A DNA stretch of 64,000 bases from Antedon mediterranea (Eukaryota > Animalia > Echinodermata): positions 9,982,001-10,046,000 of the forward strand of contig NC_092671.1 in assembly GCF_964355755.1 (NCBI RefSeq). Direction: 5' to 3'. Shown here one piece after another: positions 1 through 11,062 of the stretch. Both the position numbers and the translations under genes were made by a program. Within the stretch, counting starts at the first letter, position 1. Every line of letters starts with the position of its first letter. Under the pieces are notes generated by a model that was not told where the DNA came from, made no database searches, and was given only the letters and a program-made list of their open reading frames with translations.

Positions 1-313
1 CTACTAAAACATGCATATATTATTTTCACAATTATGCTTCTTCTTTTAAATTATCAAAATTTACATATTGTATAAATATCGTCTCTCTATTTACAAATGC
101 ACAAAATATTATTTCTAAAAAACATTTTTAAAATATAAAAACTACTTTTGTTAGTTGAATGTGTTATATACATATAAAATTCAACAAAAGGTAGGTATAT
201 ATGTTACCTACGTCATTATGTGTCACATGATCTGAATGAACTCGTGGAATGCATGTCATAAATACAGACAACTGGATATGTTGCTAGGAAATTATTTAAT
301 TTAAATCATTGTA

Positions 314-450
314 AAGCTCTGTCTACACTATCAAACTTTATGTGACAAAAAATGTGGTATGCCCAAGGACATAGCGACATAATATTACTACCATATTTGG
401 ACACATCTCACTTTTTTTGTCAAACTATTTTAATAGTGTAGACAGAGCTT
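314..450. mobile_element. MITE family A, full copy (TIR AAGCTCTGTCTACACTATCAAACT, TA-flanked)
   Basis: Terminal inverted repeats plus an internal CATATCACTACCATATTTGGGCA-type motif shared by about 11 copies in the window. Confidence 0.85.
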
Positions 451-655
451 TAGAAACAGTTTTTGTGTGCCACAGCACAGCATGATTGAAAACGTAGACT
501 TCGCCACAAGTCTAGTTGTTTTTATATAGCGCCATCAGCAGGCATTATGACACACTACATATACTAAAATGGCTCATTTTACAAAAAATTAACCGCTGTC
601 TCTAATCTATAGACTATTATCTAAGTTTCAGTATTATTAAATTTAGACCTATTAT

Positions 656-841
656 CAGTGGTGTAACGCAGAGGCATCAGAATTCTAATTTAAACACCCT
701 AAGTAGCCCTCCAACGCTGGAGGCCATGGGTGCGTTTTTAGCCCTTTTTTTTAAATGCCTGTTTTTCCTCTGGGCACTGCTCAGGGACCCCTATAAATCC
801 TAGGGCATTTGGGTTTAGCGCTCAAACCTGTTACACCACTG
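656..841. mobile_element. hAT-superfamily MITE in the presumed 3' UTR of the PIDD-like gene
   Basis: 12-bp TIRs CAGTGGTGTAAC/GTTACACCACTG flanked by a perfect 8-bp TSD CCTATTAT (648-655 and 842-849). Confidence 0.9.
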
Positions 842-888
842 CCTATTATCCAAATACAATATATATAATTTATATATATATATTTCTT

Positions 889-3800
889 TTATTCTGTAGC
901 ACATATTTTCATACAATCATTGGCTAATGATTTCTGCTTTATATCCATGAGTGCACTATACAGTCCTCCCTTTGTACATGTGTCCGTGTACTCAGTTTTC
1001 CATTTCAGCATCATCTGTATTGCATGGTCTTCTTTTGAAAAGTACTCTTTCTCAATGTTTTTTATGTCGTTCTCAATTTGGTCGTCACCGCGTACCAAAC
1101 GGGCAATCTTCTTCCAGTGCGTCTGGGTTAAAGGAGCGATACGATAAATCTGTCGATGAGTTAACTCTTCTTGACTTTGTCGCAAAATTTGCTCGTTAAA
1201 CAATGCTGGCATAGGAGTAGTTGACTATAACACACAAAAATATATATATAAATAAATAATATCAGAAAACACAATAAAACAAGGGTACTCCAAATAGAAC
1301 ATACCACCAAATGATTTGGATACATTCCCCAATCCATTCCCTAAAATACTTACTGTTGATGAAGAAGATGGTACATTTGCATAAAATGCTGACGTGTTTG
1401 GAGCGTTTCCTACAGACACCATGCTAGACATTCGGGCACTTGGTTGGCTACCAACAACCGTCGTATTTCCGGAAATCTGTGACAGGGTCGGTAACGGCGG
1501 TGAAGACCGAGAAAAAGATGGAATGGAGCCATAAAATTGTGGTGAGCGTGGCGGTGTTCTTGGGGGAGTGTCACCTGGTGGACTGATCTGAAGGTTTTCA
1601 AGAAGTTCATCGTTGCTCGATTCTTGGTCGTAACGCATACGTTTTTTTGCGGTAGCTGCACATGTTGGGTGAGCACGCTTTCTGGAACGTCTGGTTACAC
1701 CTCTACTAGTACTTGCTGTAGATATGAAAAACAGATTTTGTTGAGACGGTGTTTACACAGTTTATAAATACTTGTACTGTTCGAAATGTTATCAGTGTAA
1801 ACATATATCATTCAACAAAGGCTAATGAATATATTGTTTGTTTCCATTATAACTATTATGCTCTAAAGGTCAAAATAGAGAAAAATGTGAAAGCACTAAA
1901 TTAAGATTTGATGCCATTTACAGTGGATACTTACGTTGATCTTCATCTAACGTACTGGTAGACCTAGCTGGTGAGCTTGCAGCTGAACTAGATTGAGATC
2001 GATAAAAGAATGATGGCCACCAGCTGGATGAAGCTGGTCGATTTTCAGACTCAAGTGAATAGTGTCCTAATCGCAGCTTCCTTGCAACCTCACTCATTGT
2101 TTGAGAAAACAGCTCGTGCATGCCACCTCGTTGACGATATGATGCCACTAATTTCTTAAATGGATCTACTGATTGACTAAACTTGAAGATCTCCTGGTCT
2201 GTGAAACCCAATTCATGGCTCAATACCTTCCAGTTATCTTCGAATATTATGCCATGCATTTCTTTGGGAAAAAAGTATTGTAAAACAAATACGCATTATT
2301 TTTTTACTTAAGTTATAGCCACATTGACTAAAGGAGAATGTTAAAATCTTTTGCATAGCCCCAATGAAGCACAACCCTGTGTTGATCCGAGTCTCTGTGG
2401 ATCAACATTGAACTGGAACTAGAGGTTAGTAATTAAATTGTGTCTGCCTGTTAGTTTTCTTTGAAATGATTTAGCTCTAACTTACCAGCTAATTCAACTA
2501 GAGGCTGCATTGACCAGGGGTCTTGGCTCGACTGGTCTGGCTCGTCTGAACTCTGAAACACCAATTGAGTCAATAGATTATTTATAAAACCGAGCTTTAT
2601 GGAAATAATATAGTTTAATGTCAGTGTCAAACAATTCCACTGAAAAACATCAAAACCTCAGCTAACTCAAGATTATAAGAGGAGGTACAATACTGTAAAA
2701 AGCTGGATCTATTATACAAATAATGAGTGTTTAGGAGTTGAATTGTAGTAGAATATCTTCATGAGTTAAGTAGACGTGCCTAACCACAAGGATGGATCGG
2801 AATAATGCATACAGTACAGTACATGATACAGTATGTATTCAACCAATCAAATGGCCAGGATGCACTTAAGTATACATAATATAAACTAACCTTTATCAAA
2901 TTAAACTGAAACAGTGATATTTCCGATCCATCTTCTTTCTTTTGAGTGACAAACACTTTGCCAAACACGCCTCTCGTAAGTTTTTCACCTTTAAACTTGC
3001 AGGCAAACTGTTTTTCAAACTCATTTCCATGAAAACTCTTTTCAATTTGAATGAGGGAGGCATCTTCTCCAGTCCCAGTGTCTGCCTCAAAATAATCTGA
3101 TTTTGCCAGTCTCACTTGTATGTCTCCACCTGTATTTAAACAAGGATAAAATGTATAATGATTGCTATATGTTATTTCATTCAGCAAAAGATTACATACA
3201 AATAAACAACACAATAAATGGAGTGGTGAATGAAAGAGTACAGTAGAGATACCACTACTGTATCAATAGCAATGTTCAACTCCAGCTTCTAGAAACATAA
3301 CTCAAAAAAGCAGATGACATAAACAATATTTTGCACACAAATCAATTATTAAAATGATATACAATAAGTCAAGAATTAATAGAAATAAATATAATAAACA
3401 ATTATAAGTAATTAATTAAAAAACAGGTATTTAGTTGTTTGTTTATGTCTCCCCTTTTTTAATGATTAAAACTGAACAATTACATTTTACTCTTTAAAAT
3501 TTGTAACAGGGAGGTTTCTACTTATTATAAGCTGTGTTTCAGAGATTCCCCTTTTCCATTCTTTTGTTTTTTAATGACTATTTATGTATGTTTATGTTTT
3601 TGTGAATGGAAATAAAGAAATAAAGAAACAAACAAAGTTAATGTGTTAACTATTAGTCATGAGTTTACTAATATTTTACAACAACTGTAAAAGTGTTGCA
3701 GTCATACTCACATCAGTGTACTTACCCTGTTTTATTGTCACTGGTTTAATACTTCCTCCAATTCGTCGAGCATTTCCAAAATCTTGAAGCGTATTTGCCG

Positions 3801-5703
3801 CATTGTGGCAAACTACAAGAAGCGAAAATTTATCTTCCGAGTCTAGGTCCTCAACCGGCATAAATGCTTGGCATTTAAAATTAACATCGCGGTTCGACCA
3901 AGTCCACGACAGACCCAGTCTACTTTGGTTTAGCTGTGAGGCCAGGCCTTTAAAGAATCCAGCAAAGCCAGTAAAATGTGGCGTTGAGAAGATTACGTTA
4001 TATATGCCATCACTAAATGTAATTTCAAAGTCAACATCTAATTTCCGCCATTTCGACGGTTTCGTTTCTAATGTCTCCGTTGACCAGATTGTCAATTCTG
4101 CTAGTGATCCTAAAGTCTGACAGATCTCTGGGTAATTTGGCAATGGTAACCTAATGGTGACAGGATCTGAAGCGACAGAGTGGAATTTACAACCATGTGG
4201 TCCTAAAAAGACAACTGGTGTTGCTAAAGCATCGTCCTGATTCAAACCAATTCTGAGATTTTGAGGTAGATTAGAAAAGTACATGTTAGCCGAAGCAGTA
4301 ATGTCTTTCTTAAGACATCCTTTTGGAAAGTTTACATAAAATGATGGTATCTCTGGAATTTGAAGACAGCCTCCATCCTCTACTGTAACGTAGTGTGAAA
4401 CATGGATAGCAGAGTCTTTAACCAAAACAGTAAATAACGAAAAATGCTCTGCTTTAATCTCCACATAATCATTAAACACTTTGTAGTTTGTAACTGGCAT
4501 CTGTAACCAGAACGGATCCTCATCTTCGCCGGTATCGCTATAAAAACAAACAACATTATCTTCACAAATGCTGCTTACAAAGAGTGGAAGTTTAATTCTG
4601 GCTGGTTTATCCGGATAAAAACAAGTCCGATGGGGAGTTAGCGACACAACATGACTGGCCAGTGAGGTATGCTCATCAACTTCAGGCTGGTAACGCACAT
4701 CGGATAAAATGTTCATGGAGAATTCCGACTGCATATGATGATTCCGATTGTGCTCCGGAATAATCACTGCAGCATTGCGATATACAATAAATTTACAGCG
4801 ATCTTCTAAGCGTCCTTCATAGTACACGTCATAATCTAAAAAAGGTTCTTTACAAAGAGGTCGTGAGCAAACGTCGCATAAATCAAAATCATGTTCCTCT
4901 GAACAACAATTCAATTCCTCACCACACTCACTACCGTGGTCACCACTACAACTGTTGCCGCAATCATTTTCAAGTTTTAAAAAAAGCTCTGAGCTCTGAT
5001 TCTCTTGACTTGATCCTGAGCAAGAAACGTAGTCACTTGTTATGATAGTGTTAGCATCCCATCCTACAGCATGATGCCCTTTGCTCTGGGCAAATGCAGG
5101 AACTACCTTCCGAAGACTTACATTTTTTAACTCATCGCATAAATTACTCTCAATTTCATAATCAATCTTTAGGCATATAGGCCTACTTTTAAAACTAATA
5201 TTAAAATATTTCCACAGTGCAGGCAACCCATTAATGTACACATCCCGTGGAATGTTTTTAATTGGGTTTCTTGTAACATGGAATGATTTTAATTTTGGAA
5301 GTAGTAAGCTCTCTTTTGTAAGAGATTTCAATAAATTGCCTGAGAGATTAACAATTTCAAGTTTCTTTAGTTCAGTAAAACTTTTTGGAAGCTGACTAAT
5401 ATGATTTTGTGCTAGGTTGAGTGTGGTTAAGTTTTGGAAATGTTGGATCCCATCCGATAGCAAAACAAGGCGATTGTTTTGGGCAAACAACTGTTGAAGG
5501 TGAACCAATGAATACAAGCAGTCTGGCAACGTTTGGAAAATGTTGTGGCTGATGTCCAGCGTAGTGATGTGTACTGGACACAGCAGGTGCCATGTTGGCA
5601 GAGTGTTCAGATGTAGGTTACTCAACTGTAACCTTTTATCTTTGCTCTTTAAATTTTGTTTTGTCTTCAACTGTATCACCTGCAACTGCCACAAATCTGG
5701 CAT
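889..5703 (-). CDS. PIDD1-like protein: LRR - ZU5 - ZU5 - UPA - death domain - S/P-rich linker - death domain (~1102 aa, 6 coding exons)
   Basis: Exons 5703-3726, 3129-2891, 2552-2486, 2261-1935, 1715-1354, 1224-889 join through GT-AG sites in matching phases (3309 nt, open). LRRs (LDISHNIFQTLP, LFAQNNRL, LNLAQNHISQLP, VNLSGNLL); ZU5 ending AEHFSLF; second ZU5 ending PHFTGF; death-fold motifs DNWKVLSHELGF and HWKKIARLV...QMMLKWK...LYSALMDI. Orthology to PIDD1 is not established. Confidence 0.8.
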
Positions 5704-6393
5704 GTCATTTGGAGCCTAAAAAAAAAATTTTTAACAATTATAGTCATGATATAATAATTAAGTGTATATATACATTATAAATTAATTTGTGTATACAGTA
5801 CTGTATTTGCATTATATTTATACAATATTTTATGTGATAGTATGTGGTTAAATGATGTTGGCCTAATAATACTAATTTGTGCTATAAAGTTTTTCATCAT
5901 TATTAGAAGACATTAGTAAAATTGTTCATTCATAATAATAATATATTTAAAAACAAAGAAAAAATTGATATTTATTTTTAAAATTCAATTTCATTTATAT
6001 TCTAGGCCTAATTATATTTGCAATAATAAAATTGTAGAAAAAGATTGTAATGTAGAGCTTCTCTGAATTGTTCATTTATTAATTTGTTTTTAATCACAAA
6101 TAAATATACAATATTTATATACAAAATTTGAAATTTTGGCACAGCTAAAAAAATCCTTTCTTGTTGAATGTTGACTGCAAGATTTTAGGCCTACTAAAAG
6201 CCATAATATATGCCCTCCCAAGCTAGTACGTAGGCTACCCTGGCCTACTAGGCTAGGCCTAGCCTAGGCCCCTAGTAGTACTACTAAATTTTTTTTTGGT
6301 AGAAAAATTATTATTATTAATTAACTTTGGTTTCATCATCAATGCATTGTTATATAATAGGCCTACACTTATACTGTATATATAATATATTAC

Positions 6394-7480
6394 CTTGTAA
6401 ACTTTGACATATGTCTAGGCCCATTACTTTTCTCCAGGCCCGCATACGTCAAATTTCAATGGACCAATGGCAATTTTCACCGCCGTTTTTTCAATTTTAA
6501 TTTACACACGCGATCCAAACAATGGGCCTAATTTATCAACAACACTGTACATATTAAGATAATATATTTAGATTACATAATGCATAGTAATACTTGTTAA
6601 ATATATTTATAGACGCAAGAGAATATTACGAAACATAATATTTATGTTTTTACAACTAAAAATTTGAATAACCGCAACAAAACCTTGTCTAGACTTGCCT
6701 TTTAGAAAACATAGAAACAGCAACGCTTCAGAAAAGACGCCATCTTTAGATAAGTGTATAAACTTGACTCTGATTGGTTGAAACAACAATAACGTAGAAA
6801 TTGGTGAAGGGACTTTCCCTCCTTTTTAATAAATGAATACAAGTTATCTTTTAAAGTTTTGATTAAATAAATTGCATGCCAATATACAGTGTTGAAAATC
6901 TGAAACGGTTGGTGGAAATTGTTTTCTGTGATTATTATGCAAAATTGACGACGAACGTAGGGCATTCATTTATTTGAATATATACTTTTTAATCAGCGGC
7001 ACACTTTAGTAAAAAGTTTTATACTTTAAAAATAAGCATTACAATTTTTTTTTTTTAAACCATGAAAAGAATTGAAGAGGAAAAACAATATTTTCAAGAT
7101 ATATAATACTGTACACGTCTAGCTAATCAATTGATACGACCACAACTATTTAAAGTCCTATTTCCACCATCCCTTCACTTCAATTTATTTAATAGTAAGA
7201 AAAGTCTAAATTAGGATGTGTAGAATGAGGGCTCACCATCGAAATTAGTAAATTTTGGACTAACTGCGGTTAGTCCAAAATTTACTAATTTCGATGGTGA
7301 GCCCTCATTCTCTCAGGAATTACGCCCGTTAGACTCAGTTTCCAGTCGCTCAGCTTTAGTAAACACGTACAACAGTACTATTGCACTGTCGATGTTTTTG
7401 GTGGTTGTTGGTAGTCGTCGTTTTTCGAAGTTTACCTGGATGAATTAGTTTATCAAATTGAATCATTTTGGAGTGCGTGT
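6394..7480. promoter_or_regulatory. Putative bidirectional promoter region of the PIDD-like gene (-) and RNF41 (+)
   Basis: Divergent genes; both ATG exons begin with a splice acceptor; candidate minus-strand donor CAAG|GTAATA at 6394; CCAAT-type motifs near 6463 and 6773. TSS positions are inferred. Confidence 0.5.
7222..7311. repeat. Perfect palindrome: 43-bp arms, 4-nt spacer TGCG
   Basis: 7222-7264 is the exact reverse complement of 7269-7311. Confidence 0.97.
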
Positions 7481-8094
7481 ATGTATTTTTAACACTACAT
7501 ATAATTAGTTTAATTATTTATGTTATATAAGACGTTGCATTTAGGTATATTATTTATATATATCACTGATATTTAGAATAGATTTGTTGGTTCAGATGAC
7601 GTGTTTGGTGAATGTGTCACTGACACTACACGGCTAGGCCTAGATAGATAGGAGTGTCTAGACGGGTGTGTAGCCTGTAGGGTTGGACTGGAATTTATGA
7701 GTGGAAGAATGTGTGTAGTGTACTGTACTCGGTGTTAGAGCCTACACGTAATATCTTAGCAGTAAAATCGTATTTGCTATCATTTTCCGTAAATGAATGG
7801 TAACGGTAATAAAAAGCAAAACTTGCTCAGCAGGATATCCCGGGCCTTGTTTTGTTTGTTCATTTATTTTCTTAATATTATTCATTCCATCTTCTTTATA
7901 ATCTGGTCTGGTGATTATTTTAAATTTTTTTTCAATGCTACTAAGGCTAAATTATAGTATGGATGTATGATTTCATTTAATTGATTTATTGCTTATTTAA
8001 TGATCCCCACAGCGTAAATTAACAGACCTAGCTGTTAAAACATTCTTTTTAATTGACTGATTTGTGTATTTTTTAATGTATATTTTCAGACATA

Positions 8095-9054
8095 ATGGGA
8101 TTTGAAGTGCATAGATTTGAAGGAGATGTCGATGAAGAATTAATTTGTCCTATATGTAGTGGGGTTTTAGAAGAGCCGGTTCAAGCACCACAGTGTGAAC
8201 ATGCTTTTTGTAGTGCATGTATCCAAGAATGGCTGTCACGGCAACATACATGCCCTGTAGATCGCAACCCTATAACTCCTCAGCAGCTTAAGCCTGTGCC
8301 TCGAATCCTACGCAACCTTTTGGCACGGTTGCGTATTGCATGCGATAATGTTTTATTCGGCTGCAAAAAAATTGTCAAGCTCGATACGCTAACACAACAT
8401 TTAGATGAATGTGAACATAATCCTAAAAGACCAGTGCAGTGTGAATCTGGTTGTGGTATGGTGATCCCCAAAGATGAGCTTGTTGATCACAACTGTGTGA
8501 AAGAACTTCGCCATTTAATCAAAGAACAGCAAGACAAACTATCTGGTTATCATATTGAACTATCCGATATGCGACGTTCACAAAACGATAACAAAAGAGA
8601 AATTCAGATGCTGAAGGAGTACATCCGTGCCATCAGAGTGGCAAATCCTAGCAATAGTCCATCGATACGTGCCATAGAGGATGAAATTGAACAAAATGAA
8701 GTGTTACGCTGGGTTAACTCACTACCCCTTGCAAGAGTGACACGTTGGGGTGGGATGATCTCAACACCAGATGCGGTATTGCAAGCCGTCATCAAGCGCT
8801 CTTTGATCGAAAGTGGTTGCCCCGCACATATTGTAACGGAACTGATGGAAAATGCGCATGAAAGAAAATGGCCACCAGGACTAAGCACTTTAGAGACTCG
8901 GCAGATGAATCGACATACTTATGAACAATACGTGACCAGACGAATACCAGGCAAACAAGCAGTCGTTGTCATGTCATGTGATAATGCACATATGGGAGAA
9001 GATCTGACCCTTGACCCAGGTCTTGTTATGATTTTTGCACACGGTATAGAGTAA
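8095..9054 (+). CDS. RNF41: E3 ubiquitin ligase RNF41 / Nrdp1, single coding exon
   Basis: 319-aa ORF with MGFEVHRFEGDVDEELICPICSGVLEEP RING, TRAF-type zinc finger, coiled coil, and the C-terminal VTRWGGMISTPD...ENAHERKWPPGLSTLETRQ...GLVMIFAHGIE segment characteristic of Nrdp1. Splice acceptor ttttcag just before the ATG implies a non-coding first exon. Confidence 0.96.
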   Translation: MGFEVHRFEGDVDEELICPICSGVLEEPVQAPQCEHAFCSACIQEWLSRQHTCPVDRNPITPQQLKPVPRILRNLLARLRIACDNVLFGCKKIVKLDTLTQHLDECEHNPKRPVQCESGCGMVIPKDELVDHNCVKELRHLIKEQQDKLSGYHIELSDMRRSQNDNKREIQMLKEYIRAIRVANPSNSPSIRAIEDEIEQNEVLRWVNSLPLARVTRWGGMISTPDAVLQAVIKRSLIESGCPAHIVTELMENAHERKWPPGLSTLETRQMNRHTYEQYVTRRIPGKQAVVVMSCDNAHMGEDLTLDPGLVMIFAHGIE

Positions 9055-9856
9055 AATTAAGTAAATTCTTAAATTCCTATGTCTTATAATACATTTTCCA
9101 AGAAGATATATCGCCCTGTCCATGATTTTCTAAAACTCAGTTTCAGGGTATTTTCTACAGTGACAAGTACTGTAGCCAGTTTGTATAGAAAAATTGTACA
9201 TTATGTGAAAAGTAACATTTTTTGTAACCAAATTTTTAGAAGTTTTTTTTAATTCATTTTGAAAACCTGGTATTGTATAAAAGTATTAGAAAATTGGTAG
9301 ATTAAATTGTTTATATTTAATCTTTATTCTACTAACCTGTAAAATATAATATGTTAATATAGTCTGTATAATAATCAAAATATTTTGCATTTATATTTTT
9401 TAAGATAAAATGATACGACAATATTACAAGTCAGCTTAAAGTAAAGTTACATATGTATGACATTTGGTGCTGAAATATTGCGTCTATTATTGGACCTAAT
9501 GGAAACAAACTTTATTGACAAATATATATTATTTCTGGGGTTTTGTGTATTTAAAGTAGCTTTATATTGATAAAGTGTACAGTATAAATATTCTAAGCAG
9601 AATATTCCGAGTTTGAATCAAATAGGTTTGCTATTCCCATTATCACAAATTATCCCATCTTCACTGTTAGATTTACAGTAATTGGTTAACTTCCAGTGTA
9701 TCACTGACCTGTTTAGAGTTTCTCCCATGCCTATCAAATGATATATTAATGGCAATCATACTGTGTACAGTATTTGTTTAAATATATTGGTTATAATAAT
9801 AGGTTGCTGCATATTCAGCAGTAGAAGACCAGGCTTGAACTCTGGCCAAGTTACTT

Positions 9857-10031
9857 GGGAGGGTGGTTCTCTCCTGCGTCTTGCAGGGGATGCTGCCCAG
9901 TAGAGCCAAGCCTAGGAGCATGGGAGGGTGGTTCTCTCCTGCGTCTTGCTGGAGATGCTGCCCAGTAGAGCCAAGCCTGGGAGGGTGGTTCTCTCCTGTG
10001 TCTTGCTGGGGATGCTGCCCAGTAAGCCAAG
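9857..10031. repeat. GC-rich tandem repeat, 3 copies of a ~57-bp unit
   Basis: Unit GGGAGGGTGGTTCTCTCCTGCGTCTTGC...CCCAGTAGAGCCAAG starts at 9857, 9922 and 9979. Confidence 0.93.
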
Positions 10032-10933
10032 GTGGAACTTTATAAGCTTCTTCCAAAACCCCTCCCTATTGTATAGGCGCAAGGGCGTATAGTATTTATT
10101 ATTTTTTTTATAATGTTGAGAACACTGTGGTGTGTTCTATTTTGGGGAAAAATTGATTAATTATAGTCTATAGAATCGATGTCATCGCATCCATATATAC
10201 CTCCTGACAACATGTTAAGGTCTCAAATTATGTTCCTGTTCCTTATGTGCTATACTAAACGTACTAAACTCAAAATGTAAGTTTAAGCAATTGTCATTAA
10301 TAAATGTAATACTGTCATTAATCTGAATTAGTTTCATGTTATTGTTTGTGAAAAATATTAATTTTCATCATGAAAGTAGGCCACAGTCTGATCTTGGGTT
10401 TATTCGTAGAGATCTCTATGGTTTATTGCATCTCTTCAGTAATTGCCAGTGTTCTAAATAGTATACAGCAGAGTGGTTGATGGTAGACGTAAATAACATT
10501 GGGCGACATCGAGATTTAAGTTCTGAGTGAAACCAGCAAATGAAATATTATTAGGCCAAAACAATGTCAACCTCTGAATAATTTCAGTGAAGGGAGGGCA
10601 TTTTTTAATGTACTATATTTTAATATGTCATACACTGACACAAAATCGTTAAAACATGAACAAATAGTGTTCCTGTACACGTAATCAAATGTTTTCTTTT
10701 TTTTATTCGTAAATGTCAAAATGAAAGAACTTGCTCTTTCATTTTTTAATATTCCATCTTGATCTGGTCATTTTTATTTTAAAAAATTAATCCGATTTTT
10801 ATTGAAATTTTTAGTTGCTTTTTTGTCATAAAAATAACAGGGGGAGAGAGAGGCGTTTGTTTATTGTTTTGTTGGCCTTATCATCAAGTTACACAGTGTC
10901 ATTATCACGTATGAAAATTCATACACATCGCAT

Positions 10934-11062
10934 AAAGTCTTTTCTACACTATCAAACTTTATGTGACAAAAAAAATGAGACAGACGTGCCCATATATGGA
11001 CATGATGATGTAATATCACTACCATATTTAAGCATATCACTACCATATTTGTTTTTTTTGTT
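10934..11062. mobile_element. MITE family A, partial copy
   Basis: CTACACTATCAAACTTTATGTGACAAAA...CACTACCATATTT; right TIR missing. Confidence 0.75.

Noticed and set aside
1400-1475. Possible RHIM-like amyloid motif (TTVVG, VSVGN) in the PIDD-like linker
   Set aside because: Lacks the (I/V)Q(I/V)G core; too weak to call.
10427-10533. Minus-strand exon-like stretch (LKSRCRPMLFTST...)
   Set aside because: Short, no recognisable homology, no upstream partner exon found.
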